Source: Eledone cirrhosa (lineage: Eukaryota). Taken from it: a stretch of DNA of 64,000 nucleotides. Each line of letters begins with the position of its first letter. Position 1 is the stretch's first letter. The notes under the pieces are model-generated. The model was not told the origin of the DNA. It searched no databases and saw only the letters and a list, made by a program, of their open reading frames with translations. Location: positions 22,568,001 to 22,632,000 of the forward strand of contig OZ024752.1 in NCBI GenBank assembly GCA_964016885.1, written 5' to 3'. Position numbers and translations under genes: made by a program. Below, one piece after another: positions 52,057 to 63,200 of the stretch.

Positions 52057-52860
52057 TCTGTATACGGACAGCAATGTTACATGGCAGTGAGACATGGGCA
52101 TTGTGTGCAGAGGACCTGCACAGACGAGAGAAACGAGCCATGCATGCTCCGTTGGATGTGTAATAGTAATATATACGAATGGCAAAACATAAATGAACTA
52201 AGTGAGAAATTAGGAATAAGAAGGATCAGATGCTCTTTACTTGAGAGAAGACTACGTTGGTATGGTCACGTGATGTGCATGAAAGACGACAGCTGTATAA
52301 AAAAGTGCAGGGCGATCAAAATTGATGGAAGTTATGGAGTAGGCAGACCCAGAAAAACCTGGGACGATTTGATAAATTCTGACCTCACACACTTACACCT
52401 CTCTAAGACAATGTCACTGGACCGAGATCTTTGGCGCTATCCAGTAATACAGAAGACCCGCCTTGCCTATGTACAAAGCAAAACCTAGTCAGTAGGCACC
52501 TCTTAACCAAATATACACCCCAACCCACTACCCCTACTCCATCCACACCACCCCTTTCGATGTAAAGTTATGTTGGTACCACAACATCCAGTCCAAACTA
52601 ATGAGATTGTGTAGGTGTCACGACAAAACACACAGTCCACGCTGTAATGTGGTCGTGTAGGTAACACGGTAAAAAGTTCCCAGTTCCACACTGTAAATGT
52701 GGTTGGTGTTGGGAAGGGCATCGAGCCGTAGAAAACCTGCCAGATAGTCCTCTATGAACGAGACATGGTCACCCGACCAACCTTGCCTCAAGTGGGACAA
52801 CTCCCGTCTAACCCATGCTAGCGTGGAAGATAGACGTTAAACAATGATGATGATAATGAT
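52057..52860 (+). mobile_element. RTE LINE family B 3' fragment
   Basis: ORF 52081..52488, 3' UTR, (GAT)n tail. Confidence 0.9.
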
Positions 52861-52864
52861 ATAT

Positions 52865-52896
<32 letters not shown>

Positions 52897-53225
52897 GCCT
52901 CCGGGGAACCCTAATAGGGGGTTTAACCCCGATTTAGGTGCCTTAATATTATTGAAATTTGCTGAAATTTGCTGAATAGGCATCATATCTTCTCATTTAA
53001 CTAAGGCTTAAATTTCATATAAACCGAAGGGAAGAAATTCTCAGTGGGGGTTTTAAGCAGGGGTTTGTGCCCCCAGGGAACCCTTTGATTAAAATGAAAT
53101 ATACTTATCCAAGTACCCCGGGCAATGTAGTTTCAGAATATATATAGTTATGGGGGTCTATCTTCAAAACCATAGGAGGAGTTTGTGAACAAATAAACAG
53201 ACAGGAATACAACTTTGTATATATA
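52897..53225 (-). mobile_element. Possible Helitron-like 5' fragment
   Basis: Ends acagacagg..caactttgtatatata, resembling the 5' end of the element at 46.7 kb; no 3' CTAG found. Confidence 0.35.
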
Positions 53226-53232
53226 TATATAT

Positions 53233-53539
53233 ATACGATATATTAACAAATGGAAACTATATTTATAAAATCATATTTATTTCATTATACATATTTCAAG
53301 GACCACAAGTTAAATTATGGTGTGCTTTCATCAGATAAAATATAATATAGAGCAGTTTTATAAATAAATATTGACATACCCTTAAAGAATGCGACCATTT
53401 CTGTTGGAAGCTCCCGGATATATATATTATATTTTATCTGATGAAAGCAAACCATAATTTAACTTGGTGTCCTTGAAATATGTATAATGAAATAAATATG
53501 GTTTTATAATTATAGTTTCCATTTGTTAATATATCGTAT
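53233..53539. repeat. Fold-back inverted repeat, arms about 115 bp
   Basis: Arms at about 53233-53349 and 53423-53539, with a few mismatches. Confidence 0.9.
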
Positions 53540-54044
53540 TTTTACTCCAATAATTTGTTGAGTGCTTTATATCAGTTATAAAAATATTTGCTTGTTGTAT
53601 CCCAACAATTTAAATAGAACTTCTACATATATATATATAAGTATAAATTAGCGAGAATCGAATTTCAGCTCAGGAATTAACGAAAAGCACTTCTGAGTTG
53701 TGTGGCAAGCGCTCGATAGTACATATGAATTAGAGCTACAACATAGGTTAAAGGCCAAACACACTGAGATGGTGGTTAAACTAATCACCCGCACAGCGAA
53801 AAAACGATCAAGTAATTCGGGTCAAACAAATATAAAAATATAAAAATATATAAAAATACATATGATTGAAAATTTACCCGGACCCCTGGAGAGATGGTAT
53901 ATATATATATATATATATTAATAAAAGGAATTCCAACTTTTGTCTGATTTACTCGTTTTATTTACAATCCTTTAAAATTCTTTAAAATGTATAATGGTAT
54001 TAGAATGAAATAGTATGGTAGAATATTAAATGTTAAGTGTTAAT

Positions 54045-54083
54045 TGAACAAGTACTTTCATGCTTTCGCAATCTTCAGGTTCA
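54045..54083 (-). ncRNA. Minimal type I hammerhead ribozyme motif
   Basis: tgaac-CTGAAGA-t-tgcgaaagca-t-GAAA-gtac-TT-gttca. Confidence 0.7.
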
Positions 54084-54266
54084 TATTGTGTGGTGACAGT
54101 CAAGTTTGCAATTTTCAGACAAAGTTGGAATTCCTTTTATTAATATAATCTTCTATACACAATCATACACACCCGTGTATATTTATCTATATATATATAT
54201 ATATACACACATATATATATACACACACATATATATATACACATATATACACACCTATATATATAT

Positions 54267-54315
<49 letters not shown>

Positions 54316-54316
<1 letters not shown>

Positions 54317-54805
54317 TTCCTCTCAACCACATCATCTTCTGTATTCCCAATCTGTGTGTCACAGTTTGAGATCGGTGTGGAAGTTGGACCTTCGTAAAGA
54401 CCTGAAGATCCGTCTCTTTGTTGCTGTAGTAGAGTCTGTGCTGCTGTACGGATCTGAGACTTGGACACTGACCAAGAAACTCTTTCAGATGGTGGATTAC
54501 TCAGTATATACTGAGGGTGAAGAACTCGGAGCTGTATGGGAGCTTCCCAAAAGTCAGCCCGAAAGTAGCACAGAGGAGACTGAGGTTAGCTGGACATGCT
54601 CACCAACATCCAGAGTTGACACTGCACTCAGTGCTTCTGTGGGAGCCCCTGCATCGACACACTAAAAGAGGGAAACCGAGATTGACATATGTTGATGCCC
54701 TAAGGACAGACGCTCGTTTCTTGGAGACGCAGGACATGGCAGCGATAATGAGGGACAGAGACCGCTGGAAAGAACTCATCCATGGATCTCGGGAATTTTA
54801 CTTCC
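54316..54805 (+). mobile_element. LINE 3' fragment of a third RTE-like family
   Basis: LKIRLFVAVVESVLLYGSETWTL; RRLRLAGH; RGKPRLTYVD; DRDRWK. Confidence 0.78.
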
Positions 54806-54876
54806 TAGATAGATATATATATATATTCATATTTGTTTTGCGAGGTTTTTGATATGAAATCGTGTGTCGAAACAAA

Positions 54877-57253
54877 TATTGTTATACTTGGGGAGGGTCA
54901 TATTGTTGTATGGGCTCCGCAAAGACCATAAGACAGTCGACGACCCGACAACAGGACCACCAACAAGACCTGTATGCGGAGCCAATATCGCTAGCAACTA
55001 CAGGATCTCCTACTTCCTCTCGATGGTTATATGCCCCATAATCAAGATGTCCCGAGATGTATGTGACAGTACAGAGGACCTCCTCAGCAGAATCAGTGAG
55101 TGCAACAAAAACAAAAACCTATCCAACTGCATAATAGGCAGTATGGACGTAGTATCACTATACCCATCCATTAACATTGACTTTGCTGTGGAAAAATGTG
55201 TGGAGATGATCAGTGAGAGTGAGGTGGAGTTCTGCGACGTTGACACAGACGAACCGGGCCTCCTACTTAAACTTACCTACGACACTGACTACCTAGACAG
55301 CCATGACTTTAGCCGTTTCTGCCCCAGTAGACCCATAAGAGGTAGACCCCCCCCACCATTACCTCTATGGCAAAAAAGACTCTCATGGGAAGGTGGATTG
55401 GGTGGACTAAAGCCATACGGACCCCCCAAAACAATGATCAGGTAAGAAAAGGGTCGCACATGCAATAGGGGCTAGTATTAAAACTACCCTAAAGGGCCAC
55501 ATATTCAAATTCAATGAGAAGATCTACACTCCAAATGAGGGAGCAGCCATTGGCGTCAGCCAAGCTGGTGATGTTGCCAACCTTTTCATGGTATGGTGGG
55601 AAAGGAGACTCAAAGATCTCCTTGATGAGAGCTCCATAGACCTCATCATGTACTCTCGTTACATAGACGACATTAATATAGTAATAAGGACATCCCCACA
55701 AGAGAGCACTAACAAGTTTGATTTAGAATGTAGTACAATGGAAAGCATCCAGTAGATAGCTAACTCCATACACCAGAGTATAACTGTAACTATCGACTAC
55801 CCTTCCAAACACCCTAACAATAGACTACCTGTATTAGACACGGAACTCTGGATTAACACTATAGACGAGAGAGCCCAAATTCTCCACTCACACTACGCTA
55901 AACCCATGGCCTCCAAATACCTGATACTCAAAAACTCAGCAATGTCCAGTAGTGCTAAGTTTAATATTCTGATCGCAGATTTGGTACGAGTGATGAAGAA
56001 CGTGTCCCGCATGTGCGACACAAACAGAAATGAAAAGACACACCCAACACTTCATCAACCACATGCAGTTCTCTGGCTACAACCAAAGAGACAGAATCAG
56101 AGTATACAAAGGACCCTCATAGAACTGGACATGAAAGGAATTTTCCCATTATACAGGAGCAAATCATGGAATAGCTTAGATAGGACTAAACATAAGATAG
56201 GAAAAGCCACCTCATGGTACGACAACCAGAGATACCAGAGTGTCATGTTCGTGGACGCTACCCCTGGAGGGAAATTAGCTAACCAGTGTAGAAAGGCCCT
56301 GAGAAAGATCCACTTAAAGATTAAGGTGGTAGAAAAGCCAGGAACCACCATAAAATCCCTGATCAGCAAAACATACCCTTTTAAGAAAACCCACTGTACT
56401 AATAGGAAATGTATTATATGTAAAGTAAACTCCCGGATAAACTGTAAAACTAGAAACGTAGTCTATAGCATAAGATGTACAGAGGGTACTTGCAGAAACA
56501 TGACAACAACATACATAGGCGAGACAGCTTGTAGCATAGGTGAAAGGATAGACCAACACTGGGGGGAACTAAAAGGAAGAAAAAACGGTTCAGTACTATA
56601 CGAACAGGCCAGACAACAACATGACGGTAACATAGACAACATAGAAATGACCCAGCAGATAGGCAAATCAGAGAGGCCAGTGAAATAGAACTTAGAAGGC
56701 CAAAGCTAAACAGAAAAAATGAATGGAATAACAACAACACCCAAACAAACAATACTGACTTAAGAGAAATATAAATAAATAAATAAATAAATATATATAC
56801 AAGCACAATAACAACAAACACATATAAGCACACACTAGTAAACTAAGAGAGAATACAATAACCAAAACACAGTCACCCAAACGCGAACACACATCAAACA
56901 CTATACACACACGCAAATGCATGCGCAGAGAAGAAGACAAAAATAAATAAATAAATAAACAGATAAAATAAAAAACGGCGTAGATATACATTACAACAGG
57001 AGGAAACATAATAGCACCACTGACGATGTTGCAGATGTGCAACGAAAGAACTTTGTTAGACTATATATATGTGTTTGTGTCTATTTTATAATTGTATTTT
57101 TGACCGTTGGTCAGTCAATGGTAACATTGAGGACCAAATAAATTAATTGATATAAAAGATACAGAAGCGAAACCAACCAAACAGTGAGTGTGTTCTGTTA
57201 TTAATTCTGACAATATTATTACAACAATATGACCCTCCCCAAGTATAACAATA
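54877..57253 (+). mobile_element. Penelope-like element, 5'-truncated, with an inverted terminal copy
   Basis: LYGLRKDHK, MDVVSLYPSI, GAAIG, RYIDD; C..C..C..C linker; VVYSIRC..YIGET (GIY-YIG); perfect 34-bp inverted termini. Confidence 0.9.
57011..57064 (+). ncRNA. Hammerhead-like motif in the PLE pseudo-LTR
   Basis: CTGACGA-t-gttgca gatg tgcaac-GAAA-gaac-TT; second copy (CTGATGA) on the minus strand at about 47471-47525; stem I is imperfect. Confidence 0.55.
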
Positions 57254-57316
57254 TATATATACATATATATATATATATACACACACACATATATATATAT
57301 ATATATACTTATATAT

Positions 57317-58118
57317 ATGAAAGGCAGGCTGTATGATGCCTGCACACAAACAGCAATGTTACATGACAGTGAGACTTGGGCATTGTGTGCAGAGGATATA
57401 CGCAGACTGCAAAGGAACGAAGCTTGCATGCTCCATTGGATGTGTAATAGTAATATACGTGAACGGCAAAGCATAAAAGAACTAAGTGAGAAATTAGGAA
57501 TAGGAGGGAATAAGAGGGATCAGATGTTGTTTACTCGAGAGAAGACTTCGTTGGTATGGTCACGTGATACGCATGAAAGACGACAGCTGTATAAAAAAGT
57601 GCAGGGCGATAAAAATAGACGGTAGCCACGGAGTAGGCAGACCCAGAAAAACCTGGGACGACTTGATAAATTCCGACCTCACACACTTACACCTCTCCAA
57701 GACAATGTCACTGGACCGAGATCTTTGGTGCTACACAGTAATACAGAAGGCCCGCCTTGCCTAAGTACAAAGCGAAACACCCGTCCCACTACCCCCACCC
57801 ATCCACACCACCCCTTTCGATGTAAAGTTATGTTGGTACCACAACATCCAGTCCGAAATAAATGAGGTCGTGTAAGTATCACGACAAAAAACACACAGTC
57901 CACGCTGTAATGTGGTCGTGTAGGTAACACGGTAAAAACCTCCCAGTCCACACTATAAACGTGGTTGGTGTTAGGAAGGGCATCCAGTCGCAGAAAACCC
58001 GCCGACAGTCCTATATGAGCAAGTCAACCAATCTTGCCTCAAGTGGGAAAATTCCCGTCCAAACCCATGCAAGCGTGGAAGATGGACGTTAAACGATGAT
58101 GATGATGATGATGATGAT
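57317..58118 (+). mobile_element. RTE LINE family B 3' fragment
   Basis: ORFs 57317..57625 and 57564..57764, 3' UTR and tail. Confidence 0.9.
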
Positions 58119-58389
58119 ATAGGGAGTGTAACATGAAGTTACTGTAGGTTCACCCAGGTGAGCACTTGATGTTTAGATTCACGTCAGTGGCGAGGTGTAG
58201 AGCTAAACAGAGTGTAATATAACATTACAAGAGCAGAGGTCCGACGAGCTTTTGCTTCCAGAGTCGGGCAAGATCGATACAGATCAAATCTAGAGCTGAT
58301 CAATAGCAAAACAAGCATCAACAATCAATAAACGTAATGAAGGCTTAATAAATAATTCTTGTATCATTATAGATATATATATATATATG

Positions 58390-58604
58390 TAAGGAAAAAA
58401 GATGAAATCGAAAATACAACTGGAGTCTTTTTAAGAGTATTTATTTGGTTTCTTTACCGATTTCGCAGTTCTTATGCTTTTGTGGTTTTTCTCCATCTGA
58501 ATTCTACCTTTGAAAAGCATAAGAACTGCGAAACCGGTACAGGAACCAAATAAATATTATTAAAAAGACTCCAGTTGCATTTGCGATTTCATCTTTTTTC
58601 CTTA
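58390..58604. repeat. Fold-back inverted repeat, arms about 90 bp
   Basis: taaggaaaaaagatgaaatcg...cgatttcatcttttttcctta. Confidence 0.88.
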
Positions 58605-58674
58605 TACTTTCACTTGTGTAGGACATCTGCTTTTTTTTCATTTTGAAAAAAAAACTAATTTTCTAATATATATA

Positions 58675-59977
58675 CAGGGTGCGAACGATATTTGTTCGTA
58701 AGATTACTGTCTAGGAAAAATAACACAGTAGTTTTATTTTTTAAGATTTATTTATCAAACTTGGGTCAGTTCGTCTTCATGACTTGTTCTTTCGGTCTCA
58801 CTTGATAAACCCGCCATTGGCTTTGATGACGGCCTCAAGGCAGCCTTGGAACCGGCTACAGGCCTTCGTCACTGTCCCCCAACTTAGGCCCCTAAAGGCA
58901 CTTGTGATCCTGGCCTTCAGATTGTCTTTCGTATTGTAGCTAGATTTGTTGGTGTCTCGTTCCACTGCGCCCCACACAAAGAATTCGAGGGGGTTGCAGT
59001 CAGGCGAGCTGGGAGGCCAGATATCAGGTGAAGTGTGGTCGATGAAGTTCTCTGACAGCCAGGCTTGGGTCTTTCGGCTGGTATGGCAGGGCGCTGAGTC
59101 TTGCTGCCACACGTACGGCCTACCTGCAGCTACCTGGTCGATCCAGGGCTTTACTACCTCGCTCAGAATGCGGATGTAGCCATCGTTTAGCTTGAGGCCC
59201 TCAGGGACGAAGTGAGGTGGCATGACATCACCGTGGCTGCTGATGACACCTAAGACCAATGTTGTCGCTGGAAACTTTGTCTGCATGACTCTGGGCACGT
59301 CTTTGGATGAGACAGCGAGCCACCTGTTGTTCTGGGAGTTGATCTTCTGGTCTTGGCAGAAGTTTTTCTCGTCGGAGAAAAACCACAGCATGTCTGGCTC
59401 CAGTGGGTATTTCAACTTGTTGATCAGATTCTTTGCGTGCTTCAGTCGCTTTTCTTGCATCGCCTTTGACAGAAATTGTCCTTTCCTCATCTTGTATGAA
59501 ACGTAGCGAATGTCTTCATGTACCACAAGCCTAATGAGCTTTTCATCCATGCCTTTCTCCCTTGCAATGGCACACAACGACTTGCTAGGTTCATTGTTGA
59601 TGATATCCTGAACTTCAGTGATGAACTCGGGCGTTCTGAAGGCGTCAGATCGTCGATCATGTGTTTTCTTCTCTGATGTTGCTTCGTAGTCGAATCCTGA
59701 ATCTTCCAATTCCTTTCTAACCTTTTCCACCATTCTCCTGCTGACGCTGAGAAAGTCTGAAATTTCCTTATTTGTCCTCCCAGCGCGGATTCCAAGAAGA
59801 ACTCCGTGTCTCTTCCACAAATTTGGAAGTTCAAAATTATTCATAATCAATTATTCTGAAAATAAATAATGGAAATATAGTCACTGTTTTTATGAAGACA
59901 AGAGTGACAACGGAAGTAAAAAAAATTTGCATAAAATTAGCAGTTGAAAATTGCGAACAAATATCGTCCGCACCCTG
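58675..59977 (-). mobile_element. Tc1/mariner (maT-like) transposon, full length
   Basis: 24-bp TIRs cagggtgcg(a/g)acgatatttgttcg with 1 mismatch, TA on both sides, 1303 bp. Confidence 0.95.
58798..59850 (-). CDS. Transposase, 350 aa, HTH plus DD37E triad
   Basis: FFSDEKNF, WQQDSAPCH, WPPSSPDCNPLEFFVW; the frame is open. Confidence 0.9.
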   Translation of the reverse strand: MIMNNFELPNLWKRHGVLLGIRAGRTNKEISDFLSVSRRMVEKVRKELEDSGFDYEATSEKKTHDRRSDAFRTPEFITEVQDIINNEPSKSLCAIAREKGMDEKLIRLVVHEDIRYVSYKMRKGQFLSKAMQEKRLKHAKNLINKLKYPLEPDMLWFFSDEKNFCQDQKINSQNNRWLAVSSKDVPRVMQTKFPATTLVLGVISSHGDVMPPHFVPEGLKLNDGYIRILSEVVKPWIDQVAAGRPYVWQQDSAPCHTSRKTQAWLSENFIDHTSPDIWPPSSPDCNPLEFFVWGAVERDTNKSSYNTKDNLKARITSAFRGLSWGTVTKACSRFQGCLEAVIKANGGFIK

Positions 59978-60209
59978 TATATATATATATATATACATTT
60001 ATATATATATATATATACATGCATGTATATATATATATATATATATATACATATACATGCATGTATATGTATATACATGCATGTATATGTATATACATGC
60101 ATGTATATGTATATACATGCATGTATATGGATATACACACATGTATTTATATACACATACTCATGTACGTATCTATTTATCTATATATGTATCTATATAT
60201 ATATATATA

Positions 60210-63200
60210 TCATCATCATCATCAATTTACGTCCGCTTTTCCCTGCTTGCAAGGGTGGGACGGGTCCTATTCAGCACAGCATCTCTCCACAGACTTTCGT
60301 CATCTCCTCCTTGAGTTTCAGCGATCTGAAGTCTGCTCTCACGACCTCCACCCTTGTTTTTCTTGGTCTTCCTCTACTGCGTCTTCCTTCTACTGGGATT
60401 TCTTGGCACTTCTTTACCCAGCGGTCATCCTCCATGCACACCACAACTTATCCCTCTTATACCCAGTTTCTTTCTCAACTCATCTATGCTTGGTCGTTCA
60501 TGCACTTTGACATTGCACATCCAACGGAGCATGCTTGCTTCATTTCTCTCCAGCCGTCGCATCTCCTCTGCAGTTGCTGCCCAAGTCTCACCATACAGCA
60601 TCGCGCATATCACACAGGCATCATATAACCATCCTTTCGTATGCAGGGAGAAACCCTTCTTTGTCAAAATAGAAAAAAGCTCCCTAAACTTCTTCAAAAC
60701 CGTCATTATTGTAGATACTATGGCCTCGGACCCCCCCCCCTCCCATGCTAATCTGATTACCTAGGTACCGGAAGCTATCAACCACTTCTATAGAACCCAT
60801 CTGCATTGGAAAAATGTGTCTATTACTGCGATTACTACTGCCAACTTTCCCTGTACATCCACTGCATACATAGTTTTCCCTACCTGTTAGTTTGCCTGCT
60901 ATCCCACTACATCTCTTGTGTACCCAAGATCTGCATTGCGTACATTTTATAGGATTTATGCCAGTTCCTTTTCTACATATTGAACATGGCCATTTCCCTG
61001 ATGGAATCAGAGTATTGTCCCCTGTTCTACTTATCAACACTTTTGTCTTAGCTATGTTCACTCTCAGTCCTCTTGATTCCAACTGCTGTTTCCATAGCCA
61101 GAATTCATTCTCTATGTGTGCGTTTGGCTGAGTGGTTAGAAAATTGGATTCGCAATCGTGAGGTTGTGAGTTCAACTCCCAGACCGGGCGATGCATTATG
61201 TCCTTTAGTAAGACACTTTATGTCTTCTACTTGGATTTGCGAGCGGTAGATAGTATTAGCAATTGGAAAGACCTATGGAAACATAGTTTCCTTGGTCTGA
61301 TTTGACGAAAATCGATTGACTGTCAATATATATATATATATAACACTACTCATACGTCTATCTATTCTCTCCTTATCTAAACTTTCCTCAAGAAAGACTT
61401 CTGTCTGAAACATTGAAACCTCCTCCACTCCCTCCAACCTAATATAACTGTAATTTTGCCTTCTGTGTTTTATTTTGTTTCATTTATTAACTATATATAT
61501 ATAGTTAATAAATGAAATGATTGCACTTCTGAAAGGCGATGACACCGGACTGAGACCTCTGGCGTTAAGCAGTAATACAGAAGACCCGACTTCCCACTTT
61601 TGTTTTAGCTATGTTCACTCTCAGTCCTCTTGATTCCAACTGCTCTTTCCATAGTCAGAAGTTATTCTCTAGTTCCTCTACTGATTCTGCTATAAGAACC
61701 AGATCATCAGCATAGAGAAGTTCCCATGGGCAGCTAGCCTTAAACTCCTCTGTTATTGCTTGGAGGACTATAATGAACAAGAGCGGGCTGAGGACTGAAC
61801 CCTGATGTACACCTACTTGTATCTAGAATTCCACACTTTACTGACAGCACCCTTGTGCATAGCTTGCACTGTCCTCACAAGCCATTCCTCTACACCTAGT
61901 TTCCTTAGGGACCACCAGATGACAGATCGGGGTACCCTATCGAAGGCCTTCTCTAGGTCAACAAAAGCTAAGTATATTGGTTTATTCTTCTTTAAGAACC
62001 TCTCTTCTAGTTGTCTCACTAAGCAGAGGGCATCTGTTGTACTTTTCCCAGGCACAAAACCAAACTGCATCTCATCTAGTTTGACCCTTTCTCTAATCAG
62101 TTGTGCTAATATTCTCTCTCCCACTTTCATAACCTGATCCATCAGCTTAATGCCCCTATAATTGCTCCTCTCCAGAGCATCCCCTTTACCTTTGTAGCAA
62201 TTTATGAGAATACTGCTGCACCAGTCTTTGGGTATGACACCACCATATATAGCTTGATTGATGATGCATGCAACCAGTTTAGTGCCAACTTCTCCTGATG
62301 CCTTCAGCATCTCAGCAACTATCCCCGACGTTCCAGCAGCCTTACCATTCTTCTTTTCCTTAATTGCCTCTTGTACCCTATATTCGTCAATCTCAATAGC
62401 TGGTCCCACTGTCGGGTCTACTGGGGCTAATTTTTCTCTCTCCCATTCGTTCTCCACATTCATCAGTGTCTCATAATGACATTTCCAGGCCTCTTTTTTC
62501 TGATCATTCGTGACACAAAGTACACCGGCATCATTCCGGACACATTTATCTCCAACAACATCCTGATTTGCACTGACACACTGGCTTGCAATGCAGAACA
62601 CCGCATGTCGCTGATCTTCCCGTCGCAAAACATTGGCAAACCTCCTACTCTCAGCCTCCCTGTGGGCTAAGTACACCTGACGTCTAGCTTCTCTCTTAAC
62701 GGCTGTATATCCTTCTCTACTACCACCCTTTTTCCAAGCCTTCCATGCCAGTCTTTTGTCTCTAATGGCCCTATCTACCATGCTGTTCCACCACCAGGTC
62801 ACTCTCTGTCTGGTTGAAGCTCTGCCTCAGCCACAAGTTTCTTCAGTAGCCTGCAGTAAGTTGTCACGCAAGAAATTCCAGTTATCATCTATGTCATACA
62901 AGTCTAAATCGTCTTCTTTTTCATTATACACATCTTGAAGGGCTTTGCTAAATTTATATTTTAGTGAAAGGTCTTTTAGCTTCCAGACCTTTCTTCTCCA
63001 CACTTTCCTGTATATCTCATTCTTTCTCTTGCTTACTGAGATGTCACTAACGACTAACCTATGCTGTGGGGTACATTCTTCCCCGGGGTATGCCTTAATT
63101 TTTGACACCATCTGTTTGTCTCGCTGTCTAACTAGCAGGAAGTCAATCTTGCTTATGTGCTCGCCTGATTTGTAGGTTATTAGGTGGTTGGTAGGATTCT

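Noticed and set aside
58126-58360. Solo LTR (starts TGTAACA, contains AATAAA)
   Set aside because: I found no matching CA end, TSD, primer-binding site or second copy.
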